From positions 608,001-672,000 of the forward strand of contig CAVTBU010000005.1 in the NCBI GenBank assembly GCA_963733035.1: 64,000 nt of DNA, read 5' to 3'. The notes beneath the pieces were generated by a model, which saw only the letters and a program-made list of their open reading frames with translations, was not told the origin of the DNA and did not search any database. Shown in pieces: positions 63,265 to 64,000 of this stretch. Position 1 is the first letter of the stretch; every line of letters begins with the position of its first letter. The position numbers were made by a program, and so were the translations under genes. The DNA is from Pirellulales bacterium. GTDB lineage: Bacteria > Planctomycetota > Planctomycetia > Pirellulales > PALSA-1355.

Positions 63265-64000
63265 ATGCCTCGTTTGATCGGATACTTTTCGGCCTTCGTG
63301 GCCCTGATTGTTCTCGCGCTGGCGGCCAGCTATGCCAGCGCTTGCACCGGCATCCGCATTTCGGCACATGATGGGTCGGTAATTTACGCACGCACGCTCG
63401 AATTCGCGGAACCTTTGGAATCGCAAATTCTGTTCTTGCCTCGCAACTACGAGTTTGTCGGCACGACGGCAAGCGGCCGGCCGGGCCTGACCTGGCACTC
63501 GAAGTGTGCCGCCGTGGGAATGAACGGCGAATCGTTCAATTTGCTGGTCGACGGCGTGAACGAACACGGTCTGGCGGCGGGTGGGTTTTATTTCCCCGAC
63601 TTTGCAGGCTACCAGTCCGCCACGGCCCCCGAAGTAGCCAAGACGATCGCACCTTGGGAGGTCCCAACCTGGATCCTCACCAACTTCAAGACCGTGGACG
63701 AGGTGCGCGAGGCCCTGCCTACGATTCGTGTGGCAGCCGCCCCGATTAATCATCAAGGCGACGTTCCGCCGTTGCACTATGTGACGCACGACGCCTCGGG
63801 GAATTCGCTGGTCATCGAGTATGTCGACGGCAAGCTGACGACTTTCGAAAATCCAATCGGCGTCATCACCAATTCGCCGACGTTTGATTGGCACATCATC
63901 AACCTGCGGAACTACATCAATCTGACGGCAACGAATACTCCGCCGCGCGATTTGCACGGCGTGCTGCTCGACCAGCTGGGTCAAGGCAGTGGCATGCGGG
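63265..64000 (+). CDS. Exported Ntn hydrolase (choloylglycine hydrolase/penicillin V acylase family), runs off the window
   Basis: Not in the ORF track. CAGGAG RBS; MPRLIGYFSAFVALIVLALAASYASA|CTGIRI...YARTLEF...DGVNEHGL...GVITNSP.FDWH..NLRNY. Confidence 0.92.
   Translation, partial: MPRLIGYFSAFVALIVLALAASYASACTGIRISAHDGSVIYARTLEFAEPLESQILFLPRNYEFVGTTASGRPGLTWHSKCAAVGMNGESFNLLVDGVNEHGLAAGGFYFPDFAGYQSATAPEVAKTIAPWEVPTWILTNFKTVDEVREALPTIRVAAAPINHQGDVPPLHYVTHDASGNSLVIEYVDGKLTTFENPIGVITNSPTFDWHIINLRNYINLTATNTPPRDLHGVLLDQLGQGSGMR

Overview
GC-rich chromosomal window from a Planctomycetota bacterium, most likely Pirellulales. The assignment rests on DUF1559, DUF1553/DUF1549, DUF1501, three sulfatases and LEPR-XLL-type leaders. 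Contents in order: ppk1 5' end; OleB-like hydrolase, CitG-like and PTPS genes; a glycan/sulfate/phosphate scavenging block (DUF1080, sialidase, sulfatases, Tat PhoD); a G8/beta-helix protein; a secretin-less GspE/GspF/pseudopilin cluster followed by a pentaheme cytochrome and a Tat DUF362 protein; a YbhGFSR-like ABC exporter with a divergent TolC-family gene; a ~1,800-aa repeat-rich surface protein; a DUF1553-DUF1501-ROK operon; tRNA-Lys(UUU); a divergent cbb3-type oxidase operon; DUF885; and a truncated Ntn hydrolase. No CRISPR, integrase, transposase or rRNA was seen. Ten genes carry one frameshift each and an eleventh probably does; all lie at or beside GCGC, which points to assembly errors at a methylated motif. 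Best leads: (1) an atypical 8-gene cbb3-like operon with apparently split CcoP and altered active-site neighbours; (2) four correctly oriented sigma54-type promoters linking it to ybaK/usp, DUF4405 and PDZ genes; (3) a sigma70 promoter plus palindromic operator suggesting the DUF1553-DUF1501 pair is ROK/sugar controlled; (4) a CitG-like plus hybrid PTPS-I/III pair that may serve C1-pterin synthesis. All calls come from motif reading only; no database searches were run.
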